From positions 140,368,001 through 140,432,000 of the forward strand of contig OX597816.1 of NCBI GenBank assembly GCA_951406725.2: DNA of 64,000 nt, given 5' to 3'. A model generated the notes under the pieces. The model saw nothing but the letters and a program-made list of their open reading frames with translations, did no database searches and was not told where the DNA came from. Within the stretch, counting starts at the first letter, position 1. Every line of letters starts with the position of its first letter. The translations under genes and the position numbers were made by a program. Below are positions 40,958 through 53,745 of this stretch, one piece after another. This DNA comes from Octopus vulgaris. Taxonomy: Eukaryota.

Positions 40958-41042
40958 CGCTCTCTCTGAGGAGATATAAATATTAAGTGCTCTCTCTGAG
41001 GAGACATAAATATTAAGTGCTCTCTCTGAGGAGATATAAATA
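40958..41042. repeat. 30-bp tandem repeat, about 3 copies
   Basis: GCTCTCTCTGAGGAGAYATAAATATTAAGT repeated. Confidence 0.9.
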
Positions 41043-41390
41043 CTACAGGGAACTGTACTGGGACCACTACTATTTTTTGTGGTTCTCTCAGATATACCTT
41101 CAGTCACACAATAAACCACTCTCACCTGTGGTTGTCACAATAAACCACTCTCACCATATTGATGAGACAAAAATATCGCAGACAGTCAAGGACTCTGATG
41201 ACTCCCTGAAACTGCAGAAAGACCTGAACGCAATATACAAATGAGCTAATGAAAATAACATGCATCTCAATGCTGAGAAGTATCAAGCACTCTACAATCG
41301 GTTCACAAAGAATTCACTTGAATATGGTCCTTAACTAGGATGCACCGGAAATCTATATGGTGTTAACCATACGACAAGTGGGGTGATTAC

Positions 41391-41517
41391 AAATAGGAAA
41401 AAAGCAACAAGAATGGATTAAAATCTCGGTACGATCGTTTCGTACGAGGACATCTTTAATAAGCTACAAAATATGCAGTGAAAACGATCGTACCGAGATT
41501 TTAATCCATTCTTGTTG

Positions 41518-41587
<70 letters not shown>

Positions 41588-41701
41588 TGTATATATATTT
41601 ATATATATATATATAAAATACATGCATATACATATATATATATATAGATATATATACATGCATACATATATGTATACATACATATATATATACATAAATG
41701 C

Positions 41702-41745
<44 letters not shown>

Positions 41746-41853
41746 CATCCTGGAAGGTTTACCTCCCAACTTTGGAGTCGGTTTATTTGACTAAACCTTT
41801 GAAAGAGTGCCCCCAAGCATTGCCACAGTCCAATAAAGCAAGTAAAAGATAAT

Positions 41854-41922
<69 letters not shown>

Positions 41923-42060
41923 GATAAAATTTTCGAAAAAAATTTATCATTGGCCAGCATATTAAAAAATAGCTTTAAAGGTTAAATTTATAAACAACTT
42001 ATAAAAAAGAAAAAAAAAGCATTGAAATTTTTTATTTTGCCCTTGTTTATAAGTTGTATA

Positions 42061-42137
<77 letters not shown>

Positions 42138-43700
42138 GCCAAAATCATGATAAATATACCCGCACTGCTTCGAGCAATAGTAGTATGAGACTTCTATCCT
42201 CAAGTTATTCTACATCAAATTATAATCCCCCTAGATGTAACTGCAGAATTAAATCAAAATGCCCGGCACCTGGTTTATGCGGGTTAAATAACATAATCTA
42301 CAAATGCTCCATAACCACAGATAATAATAAATTCACTTATGTTGGATGTACTGTAAATTTTAAGAAAAGATTGAACAATCATCTATCCTCCTTCAGATTA
42401 CGTCATAAAGCTGATAGCACCACTCTTTCTAGTAAAATTTGGGAACTAAAAAACAATAATATCAAATATAACCTTAATTGGGAATTAGTCAGAAGAGCAA
42501 TACCCTATAAAAATAGCAGAGTAGGTTGTCAACTTTGCTCCATGGAAACATTTGAAATACTAATGTATAGAAAAATAGGGAAATTTCACTGAACAGCAGA
42601 ATTGAACTAGGAATATCTTGTATACACGCTCGAACTAAGACTCTTAAATATTTTAAATGATATTTTAATTGACAACTGCATATTAAATTCACTTTGTATA
42701 AAATCAATTTGATTTATACTTTACTCCTACATAGTATATTATATATTTAACTAGACAGATACGATCTAACTAGCTATGATTATATTCTCTCTCTAACTGT
42801 ACTATTTAATACTTATTGATTTAAGTTATTTGTTTTATTTCTATTAGACTATATAGATAATTTAAATTTTGCTCTGTTTTTATCTCTATTTCTTAGTCTA
42901 TTTCATTTTAACCTACCTATAAAAAATTAGTTAGTTAATAAATTAATTGACCTCAGTTCGAATTTTGCACCAAATAAGCTTAGATTTTTCTTATATTATC
43001 AACTTGTGTCCCGCTCCTTAGCTTCCCGTTCCCTTCTCTTTGATAGCAATTAATAGCAGTAACTGACTAATTTCTACTTCCTTCCTCTTCTCTGTGATTC
43101 TTGTAAATTTCAATAACAATCTGTTCCTCTACAGAATAAGATTGTCACTTTGCTTCTCACTCGGATACCCTGAAATTTTCGCACGATCGTACCCAAAATT
43201 TCTTCACATAACTTGATTAATAATTCACTATGAACTATATGGACATGCACATATTCTGTAAGTTCAAGACCTTCCATCGGACCTCCAGGAATCGAACTTA
43301 TCTGTGATTCTTGTAAATTTCAATAACATCTGTTCCTCTACACGATATGACAGTCACTTTGCTTCTTACTCGGATTCTCAGAAATTTTGCATGACTGTAT
43401 CCAAAATTTCTTCACATAACTTGATTATCTATTCACTATGAGCTATATATGGACATGCATAAATTCTGTAAGTTCAAGACCTTTCATCGGATCTCCAGGA
43501 ATCGAACTTTCTTCAATGCAGTTAAACTTACACTCTCATTTGTATCTACCCCTTTTGATGTTTGGGAATCTCTGATGTTTTTTCGGCTGACGAGTACGAG
43601 CCATCTATATTTACTGCATTTTTTGTAGCTTATTAAAGATGTCCTCGTACGAAACAATTGTACCGATATTTTGATCCATTCTTGTTGCTTTTTTCCTATT
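41391..43700 (+). mobile_element. Penelope-like element: GIY-YIG ORF fragment (42185-42660), 3' pseudo-LTR and inverted pseudo-LTR piece
   Basis: CNCRIKSKCP...NIIYKC...TYVGCT.NFKKRLNNHLSSFR...TTLSSKIWELK. 41391-41480 is the reverse complement of 43610-43700. A 210-bp direct repeat starts at 43091 and 43301. Confidence 0.8.
43583..43666 (+). ncRNA. Type-I hammerhead ribozyme with extended stem-loop II
   Basis: UCGG-CUGACGA-GUACGAG-(loop)-CUCGUAC-GAAAC-AAUU-GUA-CCGA. Confidence 0.75.
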
Positions 43701-43790
<90 letters not shown>

Positions 43791-43985
43791 TATATACATA
43801 TCTATATATATACTGATTTATACCTGATAATGAATCAGCAATTCCATATTTGCCAATTAAATATATTGTTCTCCCAAATATAAATATTTACTCTGCGTTT
43901 TACAATGTACTCAGTATTTTCAGTGCTTATTGGTCTTCTTGATTCCATTATCAAATATGCATATGCATGTGTGTGTGTGTGTGCA

Positions 43986-44021
<36 letters not shown>

Positions 44022-44061
44022 TGTGTGTTTGTGTGTGTGTGTGTGTGTGTACATGCATACA

Positions 44062-44097
<36 letters not shown>

Positions 44098-44098
44098 T

Positions 44099-44169
<71 letters not shown>

Positions 44170-44172
<3 letters not shown>

Positions 44173-45370
44173 CAGAAGTATATATTCACCCCATAAACAT
44201 TGTAATATGTTTGTTTTTAATTTGAAAGGGTGTATATTTTTTATTAATGGACATTTTTATCTTTCAGGATCTATATGTGAATGTTTAGTCATGCCACGTA
44301 CAAAAGAAGACTTTGGGACTGTCCAAATTTCAAAGAGGCCATATTGTGGCATCCCGCTTTCTCCAGTTAATAGGGTGATTGTGCAATTCACTAGAGAGAA
44401 GTCCACATTACCTTGTCCAGGTCGATCAGGGCCCTCCGATAGGAACCTTTGCTTTGTTAAGTGAAGTGTGGAGGACAACTCTCATTGCAAGGCCTCTGAC
44501 ATAGCAGAACAAGGTGATGTCAGTCCCAGAACAGCTGTTAGGTATTACCACAAATTTGGCTACTATGGCAGAACAGCAAGAAGGAAGCCCCTTCTTCAAC
44601 CAGCCAATATAAAGTGGAGAACCCAATTTAAAGTGGAGAAAAGATTGAGTCAGTGAGATGATGGAATAGCCGCTAGCATTTTGAGACACTATCATATTCT
44701 CTGATGAGTCCATATTTGCTGTATTTTCTGACAGTGGTAGAATGTAGGTTTGGAGACTCTGTGATCAAAAATTTAACATGAAAAGATTGCTGCCAACAAT
44801 GAAACAAGGCAGCTATTTTGTGATGGTCTGGGGAGCAATTTGGAGCAATGGTCAATTACAGCTGGTGGAGTGTGATGGAAACATAGACTCTGATAAATAT
44901 GTATCCATGTTGCAGAAAGGACTCCTTCCAATCTTCTCCAATGGTGAAATGATTAAAGAAGACTGTTTATGGAAGATGGGTCTCCTTATCACACGGCTAA
45001 AACGACCCAAAATTGGTTGGAAAAGAATGGCATTAAAAAACCTCCATGGCCAAGGCAGTCACCAGAGAGGAACCTCATTGAACTCCTCTGGAACATATTG
45101 GACAGGACAATTCAGAAAAAGAATACGAAAGCATTCTCAAAGCCAGATCTTTTGAGATTATTGCATGAAACTTGACAGGAAATTCCCTAAGAGAATATTC
45201 GTCATCTGATCAGTAGCATGCTTTATAGAATCCTTGCACTGAAAAATGAAAAGGGCACATCTACTAAATATTAGATATTCACATTATAATAATTAATAAA
45301 TAATTTGAATGTATAATTTCAGATTTAAATACATTTTAATGATTATAAGGGTGTATATTTACTTGTCATG
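44170..45370 (+). mobile_element. Degenerate Tc1 (DD34E) transposon
   Basis: RTARRKPLL, IFSDES, VMVWGAI, MEDGSPYH, WPRQSPERNLIE; imperfect TIRs at about 44170-44250 and 45300-45370. Confidence 0.85.
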
Positions 45371-45379
45371 TGTGTGTGC

Positions 45380-45411
<32 letters not shown>

Positions 45412-46163
45412 GCGTGCGTGTGTTTGTGTGTGTGTGTATGTGTACATGCGTGTGCGTGTGTGTATGTGTATATGGAATAATACACCTCGAGGCATACACA
45501 ATGTTAGGAATAACAGCACGTAAATATTGCACTGGATAATTCCTTTTAGATAGAAAAGTCGAAGGCAGTCTGAAGGACTCAGATCCACATTTCTGTAGAC
45601 ACATTTCCTGAACACTTTTTGTGTGTGGTGCCGAGTCAGGCTTGATTCAGTAGTCTTATGTAGTCGGATGAACGACGAGATGTGATCAACAGACCCATCT
45701 TCCCTGTTTATACAATGTTTCAGTATAACTGAGGTCTACATAGTCCTCGTACATACAACATATTTTTCTTTTTGTCAAATGTACTGCAAAAACAATGTAG
45801 TGTTTTCTTTGTAACTTGCTTGAAAGAGTTGCTGTGTTGATATGGTTGACTTTTAATTGGGATCTCTATTGAGCCGATATAAGAATACAGTTTCGCCGTT
45901 GTTTTTCAATTGCAGTGAATTGTTATAAGACAGTTACTCTTGCATTAGTCTCCCAAGGGACATGACTCACTATTTCGATAATTGCTGTTATTTCTTCTTT
46001 GGTTAATTCTGTTTACATTGTATCGAAGGAATCTACGGTTATGCATCAGAATGAACAGGCTGTGTATTAAATGGGCTTTAATTTATCTGTGGAATATATT
46101 ATAATGTTTTTGTCACTGTAGAAGTGTCTGTTCATTAACAAGAAAAATTGGTTTTACACGCTG
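45160..46163. repeat. Source segment of a local inverted duplication (copy at 58910-59114 plus 62496-63270)
   Basis: Reverse complement aligns with high identity, including the (CA)n tract and the Tc1 3' end. Confidence 0.93.
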
Positions 46164-46194
46164 GTTTTAATGTTCATCATATTACTCTTCTAGG

Positions 46195-46281
<87 letters not shown>

Positions 46282-46679
46282 AGTGGATAAGTTATATGGC
46301 ATTGTATTTTTGAGGACCTGTGCTAGATTGTAAATGTATTCGGCTCTGAGGAAAATTGTTTCATCGGAGAAGAGAATGCTTATTTCTCTAGTTATTTGCT
46401 TTATAATGCGATGGAATGTTCGATTTTGGGTGTGTATACAAAGATTTATTGTAGGTTTATAAAGGATTTGTACTAACTAGAGGTTAAAGTTCATAGTTGC
46501 ATCTGAGAAATTGGCAGATACGAAGTTGATTTTTATATTTAATGTTTAAGTTAACGTGTCGGTAACTTTCTCTTAAGCATGTCACCTCTGCACCTACTTC
46601 AGCTTTCGGAAATATTCGTCATCCCTATAATATCGTTAGCACACTCGGGACAAATTAAGATGATCAATGTCGCAATAAA

Positions 46680-47107
46680 GTAGCACGTGTTTGACCAGGT
46701 GGATAGACAATGCAATTTCAGTCATGAGGCAAAACACAAGACACACGTGTGGAAAAGCTAAAGTTAGAAAATAAAACAGCTCAAAGGAAATACATAAATA
46801 GCGTGAGAAAAACAAAACAAAAGCGAGAAATCCACATTTGGCTCATAAACTATGTCAAATTTATGGCCACTCTCTAAAAAAAGAACTATTGTTTTGAAAT
46901 TCTCTTCTTCCTAAACTTATTCACGTGTTTCGCACGCGACAAAAGCAAACATAATTTGCAATTGATAATAAAATAAGCAATAAATAAATTAATAAATAAG
47001 AAGAGATACTAAAGGAAAGGTAAAATCGTGTTCCATATAAATATCATCGATTTTTACAGAAACATCATTCGAGAAACGAACTTTGACTTGAAACAAATTA
47101 ATCAGAG
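46680..47107 (+). promoter_or_regulatory. Promoter and non-coding exon 1 (about 47064-47107) of tyrosinase-like gene B
   Basis: TATAAATA at 47036, TCATT at about 47065, GAG|GTGAGT donor at 47108; CACGTG at 46684, 46744 and 46922. Confidence 0.75.
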
Positions 47108-47689
47108 GTGAGTGAAGAACAGTTTCTAGTTATATTTCCTTTACAGTGATTCTTTTTTTTTTTTGGTGGGGGGGGGAGACAAAGGTCGTTTCGCTTTTTG
47201 CTTTTTTGTTGTTTTTGTTTTTACCTGGAAGCTTATAATTTTCATCAATCAGAATCATAGTTTACACACTGTATTGAAGTGAAACGCTATGAACGGAGAA
47301 CTCTAGTTTGAAACATGGTATCTACGTGACTTTTCTAGAACCTTAAGAGAAATTGAAATAACAAATGACTTACATCTAAATTTTACAATGAAGAAATTAT
47401 CTTTCTCTCTTCTTCGTGGATAGGCAAGAACTCAGAGCATTAGATTTCACAATTTTTGCGTTAAGTCAAACTTAACGATTTACTTCTTTTTGAGATATCT
47501 AACCGTTGACCAGTGATGACAGAATACGAATAGCCAGTCCATTGACTGAACATCTGCAATTTCCTTGTTTCGTTGCATCCTCTCTCTATATATAGATATG
47601 TGTGTGTGTGTATGTGTGTGTGTATGTGCGCGCGCCTGAAATTTACAAGCAGAATTTAATAGCTTGATGCGTGCATGTTTTTAAATTGT

Positions 47690-48670
47690 TGACTATTCTG
47701 GTTGAGGCCCAATTGACAACGCAAGGCTATAGAATTGCAAACATCAAGAGACATTAAATACCTTCAGTTCCTTGATTGAATTGGTCTTGTACCATAACCA
47801 TTATCTTTTAAGTATCACAATGAAATAAATTCCAGTGGTATGAGGTCCTGTGAACGCGTAAAAAATTCTTCTGAACCTCTTCGTCCAAACCACCTCCCCG
47901 GAAAAATCGCATCAAGATAGGTCCTTACATTACTATGTTAGTGTGGGGACACTCGCCGTCTTACTGGAAATGGAATTTCACACTTTCAAAATACTTCTGA
48001 ATGCTTGGCATGACAAATTGTTGCAGCAAGTTCAAGTAAATTGGACCACTCACAGTACCATAAAACAAAAATGGTCAAATTAATCATACCATAAACCCTA
48101 ATAAATTAACATGCTTTTCTATAAAATGCAGATTCTCAGATCCGCAGTAGGTGCAATCGTGACACTTAATTACGCCAATTAATTTAAATGTAACATCATC
48201 ACTCAGGACAATTTTGTAGGAAAGTGTGCATCTTCTACGCATCTTGGCAAGTGTCACTCACAAAACAACACATTTCGGCCCGAATCGGCTTCAATGAGAG
48301 CATGACAGCGCTTCAAAATGCGATGAACACTCGGTTTTGAAATTTCTATTGAACTCTAGCAATACGTTTTGAGTACACTATCGTGCTTTGTGTCCGCGGT
48401 CTTCTGGAACGTTTCTTGTGGACATTCTGAGCAGTTTTATCTGCTTCAGACTTATCTCTAATTCGAGGGACAGTACATCGTGTTTGAAACTCTCTACTAA
48501 ACTGTCTTTGCATATTGGATTGAGTTTTACAAACTTTCAGTTGCACTTTAGAGTAAATTTCCTTTTTTCAAGGCTTAGTCTGGTTCCTTTCATAATTTCA
48601 AAGCTTTAAATCTCAAAAGAAATGAAAATTAGGTGAGCTTTCAGGTGTTGAAGTGTGTATACATTTTGAG
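47690..48670 (-). mobile_element. Decayed Tc1/mariner-superfamily transposase remnant in intron 1 of gene B
   Basis: N-terminal HTH-like QRQFSREFQ..IRDKSE...VHKKRSRRPRT; absent from gene A intron 1. Confidence 0.55.
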
Positions 48671-48681
48671 ACATGCTACAA

Positions 48682-48726
<45 letters not shown>

Positions 48727-48778
48727 ACATATGTGTGTATCTATTTATACTTCTAATCTTTATTTGCAGAAAACCATA

Positions 48779-49973
48779 ATGAAGTATTTAATCTTGATTC
48801 TAACGCTGACCGTGACCGTTGTTTGTGCAGATGATTTTAACATAATAAAATCATTCACAAAATGTTACAAGAATTTCAAAACCAATGCTTTTGAATCGAA
48901 CAAGAGGCAGGAGTGGCAGAAATACTGTTTGGATAACAACCCTTATGTTCGGAAACGTTTTGGAGGTTGGGTTAACCAAATTCCAAACATTCATGACTAT
49001 AATAATATGGGAGATGGTCCAAAGCCTATTAGGTCAAAGCAGGTCAGAAAGGAATATAGAATGCTCACTACAAAAGAGAGAAACGATTTCCATCACGCCA
49101 TTAATCTATTAAAACAAGATACGGTAAGTTCTTTAGTTGATATCAGTTAATTAGCAAATTTAATCAACAATTTTTACTGTACTTTATTACAAATTCAGCA
49201 AATTTATTAATTTTCTTACACATGAAATTCGACAGTATGTGACCTCATGCAATGTCCCAATGGTGTTGGTAACCTAAGTAAGGCGCAACATTTGTAATAA
49301 AATAGTAATCAATTATAGAGTTTAATTGTTGCTACAGCCGACGATATTGGAGCTAAAGTAAGGCGGCGAGCTGGAAGAAACGTTAGCACGCCGGGCGAAA
49401 TGCGTAGCCGTATTTCGTCTGTTCTGAGTTCAAATTCCTCCGAGGTCGACTTTGCCTTTCATCCTTTCGGGGTCGATAAATTAAGTACCAGTTAAGCACT
49501 GGGGTCGATGTAATCGACTTAATCCGTTTGTCTGTCCTTGGTTGTCCCCTCTGTGTTTAGCCCCTTGTGGGTAGTAAAGAAATATGTATTTCGTCTATCT
49601 TTAAGTTCTGAGCTCAAATTCCGCCGAGGTCGACTTTGCCTTTCATCCTTTCGGAGTCGAAAAATTAAGCACCAGTTGAGTACTGGGGTCAATCTAATCG
49701 ACTTTCCCATTCCCCCATTATTTCGGGCCTTGTACCTAGAGAAGAAAAGGATATTGAAGCTAGAGTAAGGCGGCGAGCTGGCAAAAACGTTAGCACGCCG
49801 GGCGATGCTTAGCGGTATTTCGTATATCTTTACGTTCTGAGTTTAAATTCCGGCGAGATCGACTTTGCCTTTCGTCCTTTCGTGGTCGATAAATTAAGTA
49901 TCATTCGCGTACTGGCCCCCTCCCCAATAAATTTGGGCCTTCTGCCTACAGCAGAAAAGGATTTTGTAGCTAA

Positions 49974-50014
<41 letters not shown>

Positions 50015-50317
50015 CTTTATAATAACTAATAATGGTCACTTTTTTTTATTTAGAGGTTGAAACCAAATGTTTATGATGCGATCGCCTTCCTCCATTCTGG
50101 TCCCACGGTTATAAACGCTCACGCTGGCCCATCTTTTTTAGCTTGGCACAGAATCTACCTTAACATGTAAGTATTTTCTTCCACACGTAAGAATTACTTT
50201 TGAACATTATTTATATTTGTTTTTATACCGTATTCTTCGAATATTTTAATACTTCATAAATCTTAGATCGATAATATATATGTTTATATATGTACACATG
50301 CACACGCACACGCACAC

Positions 50318-50395
<78 letters not shown>

Positions 50396-53300
50396 TATTA
50401 GTATGTATTTATATAGGTATATATGTATGTATGTATGCATGCATGTATGTAAGTATAATACACCCTAATGACTAAGCCACACGTCTTCACAGAAAAGTCC
50501 AGTGGTTACTAATATAAGAATCGAACTCTTTGCTTATTCTTACTTGTCAAATAAGTTCGATGATTTCCTAGAAAATTTTTAACGAGTTCCTTCATATTCA
50601 TATGAGATGGGAACGGGAAGAAATATACGGCCTCAACATTTAGGATTAACATCTAGCGTTTAGAGACCCAAAGAGCAAGGAAGACTTCAAATTAAGTTTC
50701 TAGATTATGTCAATCACAGAGCATTTTGTTCATCTTACACTCAAACATTAGAGCAAGATTACATTTTCTTTACTGATTCTAATGATACGGAGTCATCCAT
50801 AGTGCCCCCATAATCATAATCACCACTTTAGTTTAATCATATACTCGATCTTTTTCATCATTATCACCACTACCATCTCATCATCGCCATCATCATCATC
50901 ATCATCATCGCCATCATCATTATCAGCAGCAGCAGCAGCAGCATCGTCATCATCTTCGCTTTATTTATTGTATAATTTTTCTTTTTTTTTTCTTTTCATT
51001 TCCTCAGGATGGAAGAAGCTCTTAATACAAAGATGCCAGGAATAACAATTCCGTATTGGGATCCAACACTTGACAGCTCTCTTGATGATCCTCGAGATTC
51101 CATTATCTGGACGGATAAATTCTTGGGAAATATTAATGGAATTGTTAATTGTGGTCCGTTTGCTAACTGGAGCACACCAGCTGGGCCTCTGATAAGGAAT
51201 GGTGGTTTTATTAGTAACTTACCAACTAATCGCGACATAGAAAATATTCTGAGCCGATGGAGACTTGCAGATATCACCGAACCAAATGCGATTATTAAAT
51301 ACAATTTGGAATTTCACCACAATTCTATGCACAATTTTATTGGAGGACATTTAGGTCAACCAGAAACCTCTCCCATGGATCCAGTTTTCTGGCTAATCCA
51401 CAGCTATATAGATCTTCTTATGAATCGTTTCAATGAGAACCAAAAGAAGCACAATGTCGATCCTGCAACAGATTATCCATTAAATTATGGTTTACCAGTT
51501 TATGGTCCTGATCAAAAAATTGTTCTGAAGAATATAACAATCAGAGAAGCATTAAAACAAGCTCAATCTTCTAATTATGTTCCTCTATATGACTACGCTA
51601 TACTGGAGATGCCATGTTACGAAAATTCAAATTTTCTTCCTTCTCCATATCTAACTTGCCACAAGGGAAGATATCAGACGAAAACTAGAAAATCAGCTGG
51701 TTGCAATGCTCTTATTCCCTATCAGAATATGTTTTGTATTAACCGTAATTGTGATCTAAAAGAATGGGCATTTATTCCAGTTGAAGTAATTTACGAACGA
51801 CCTTTCGAAACGATGAAATTTGGAAATTTCCCGATCAGAAATGGCATACCAGATTTACTGACTGATCTATACGACAATAATATACCCCAAAATATCTCAT
51901 CTAGTAACTCTACTTGCCGAAGTAAAAAGTGTTGTGGTCCCGCGGGAAGAGTCAGTGTGCAAGCCAGTGGCATCAATTATTTTGGTAACTATGAAGAAAT
52001 GGTGATAGTTGATCGTAGATTAGCTGTGTCATCGGATATAGCCTACATTGGTATCAGAAGACCTACAACAAACTTCAGTCTGGTATTTACGACAGTTTCA
52101 GAACAATGTGGAAGAATATGTCGTCCTTCTTGCTTAGTGCCGGGTTCAAATCCACCGAGGTACACAGAATGTATAGGTCTGTTGAACTTAACTCACAATG
52201 ATGCTCATTTCTACGGCAATACTCTGGCAGAAGCTTACATGAAAGTGTGGGATTATAAAAACCAGATACGACCGAAAGTAAGACACGAGAATATACCAAT
52301 CGTATACCATTGTGATGACAGCCTGTGGCCATTTAACAACACCGACTATACAACAACAACACCATCATCTTGGACAACAGCGTCAACACGTACACGAACC
52401 ACAACTACTACTACCACTACCACTACTACAACTCCAACAACTACAACACCAACAACTACAACACCAACAACTACAACACCAACAACAACTACACCAACAA
52501 CAACAAGTTGGGTATGGAGAACAACAACACCAACAACAAGATGGGAGTGGAAAACAACGACAAGCAGTGGTGATAGTAATATCTGTAAGTATTTCATTTA
52601 TCCACTCCTTTAATGAATGCATGTCTGTTTACGATATATATGTATCATATACAAAATAGGATTTTATATAATTTATTACAACATCTGTTGATTCACTTAT
52701 TTTTCTTCTCAACAAGAGCCCGCGCCTGTTACCTATTTCCTTCCAAGTATTTTACATCAATAATCTCAACATATAACTAAGTGGTTGAGAGACAGAGGCA
52801 GAAGCAGTAGAGCGAAAGATTAAATGTCTTGTATTTAATAATGTATCTTTACTTTCTAAATTCAAATTCTCTTTGGATCAACTTTGGGTTTCACCATTCC
52901 GGTGCAGATAAAATAAGACCTGTGCCACGTGTCTAAAGTTTCATTTATAAGCTAAAGTCATTGAAAAGAAGAAATGTTAAACCAACAATGGCAGAGAAAA
53001 ATGTGTGTCGATGCTAGAAATCAATATGTAACCAGTATTACAGCTATGCATATCCTTAAAGCAAAACTAAGGAACACGATTCCCCTACTTTTCTTATTTA
53101 TAATATATGTTTCTGATTTATAGCATTATCACATTCTAATTCGCAACATCCCTATAATCTTAATTACGAAGTTCCTGAAATTAGTTTCATGAACCTCAAT
53201 ATTTTCGTGCATATTATTATCCACGAGAAAACCAATAATTAATATATTTATGCTTCATGTGATATTATATGAACCTTCTAAACTAGTTTGCAAGCATTCT

Positions 53301-53745
53301 TCACTATGGATGATAAAGCTAAAATTTGAAACATCGTTTATTCGGCTATAGATTCACTTCAAAATGAAATACATGTGCATTTTAATATATATTGGAAAAA
53401 TTACTAAAATATACCCCACTCACCCATCTTTTTCGTACCATTAAATCACTCCATAATGTTTCCTTAAATTATATCGGATAAATTCATACAAGATATAACA
53501 TTTTTGCATCTCGTTTTTCTTTTTTCATTCCAGTTTGTAAAGTCGATAACTCTTGTGTAATCCCATCGAGATGTAGCTGTTCATACATGGAAAAGAAACC
53601 TTGCATGCAACTGTGCTCCCGATACGCCATATGTATTTACGGACAATATTTCGTTTTAAATTGCGGTTCTGGATTTAGATACAACCACCAACTGAAGCAG
53701 TGTGTTCGAGGATACTGCTCACACAGATACTTATCAAAGATATAG
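48779..53745 (+). CDS. Secreted tyrosinase-like protein B (748 aa); coding exons 48779-49123, 50054-50166, 51008-52584, 53534-53745
   Basis: Same intron positions and phases as gene A, open 2247-nt CDS. Signal peptide MKYLILILTLTVTVVCA; CuA FLHSGPTVINAHAGPSFLAWHRIYL; CuB EFHHNSMHNFIGG..DPVFWLIH; terminal CSRYAICIYGQYFVLNCGSGFRYNHQLKQC. Confidence 0.93.
49361..49962 (+). mobile_element. Head-to-tail cluster of three SINE copies in intron 2 of gene B
   Basis: GGCGGCGAGCTGG..AAACGTTAGCACGCCGGGCG heads at 49362 and 49769; core GTCGACTTTGCCTTTCATCCTTTCG occurs three times (third copy diverged). Confidence 0.85.

Noticed and set aside
40958-41042. CRISPR-like array
   Set aside because: Contiguous tandem repeats with no unique spacers, eukaryotic context, no cas genes.
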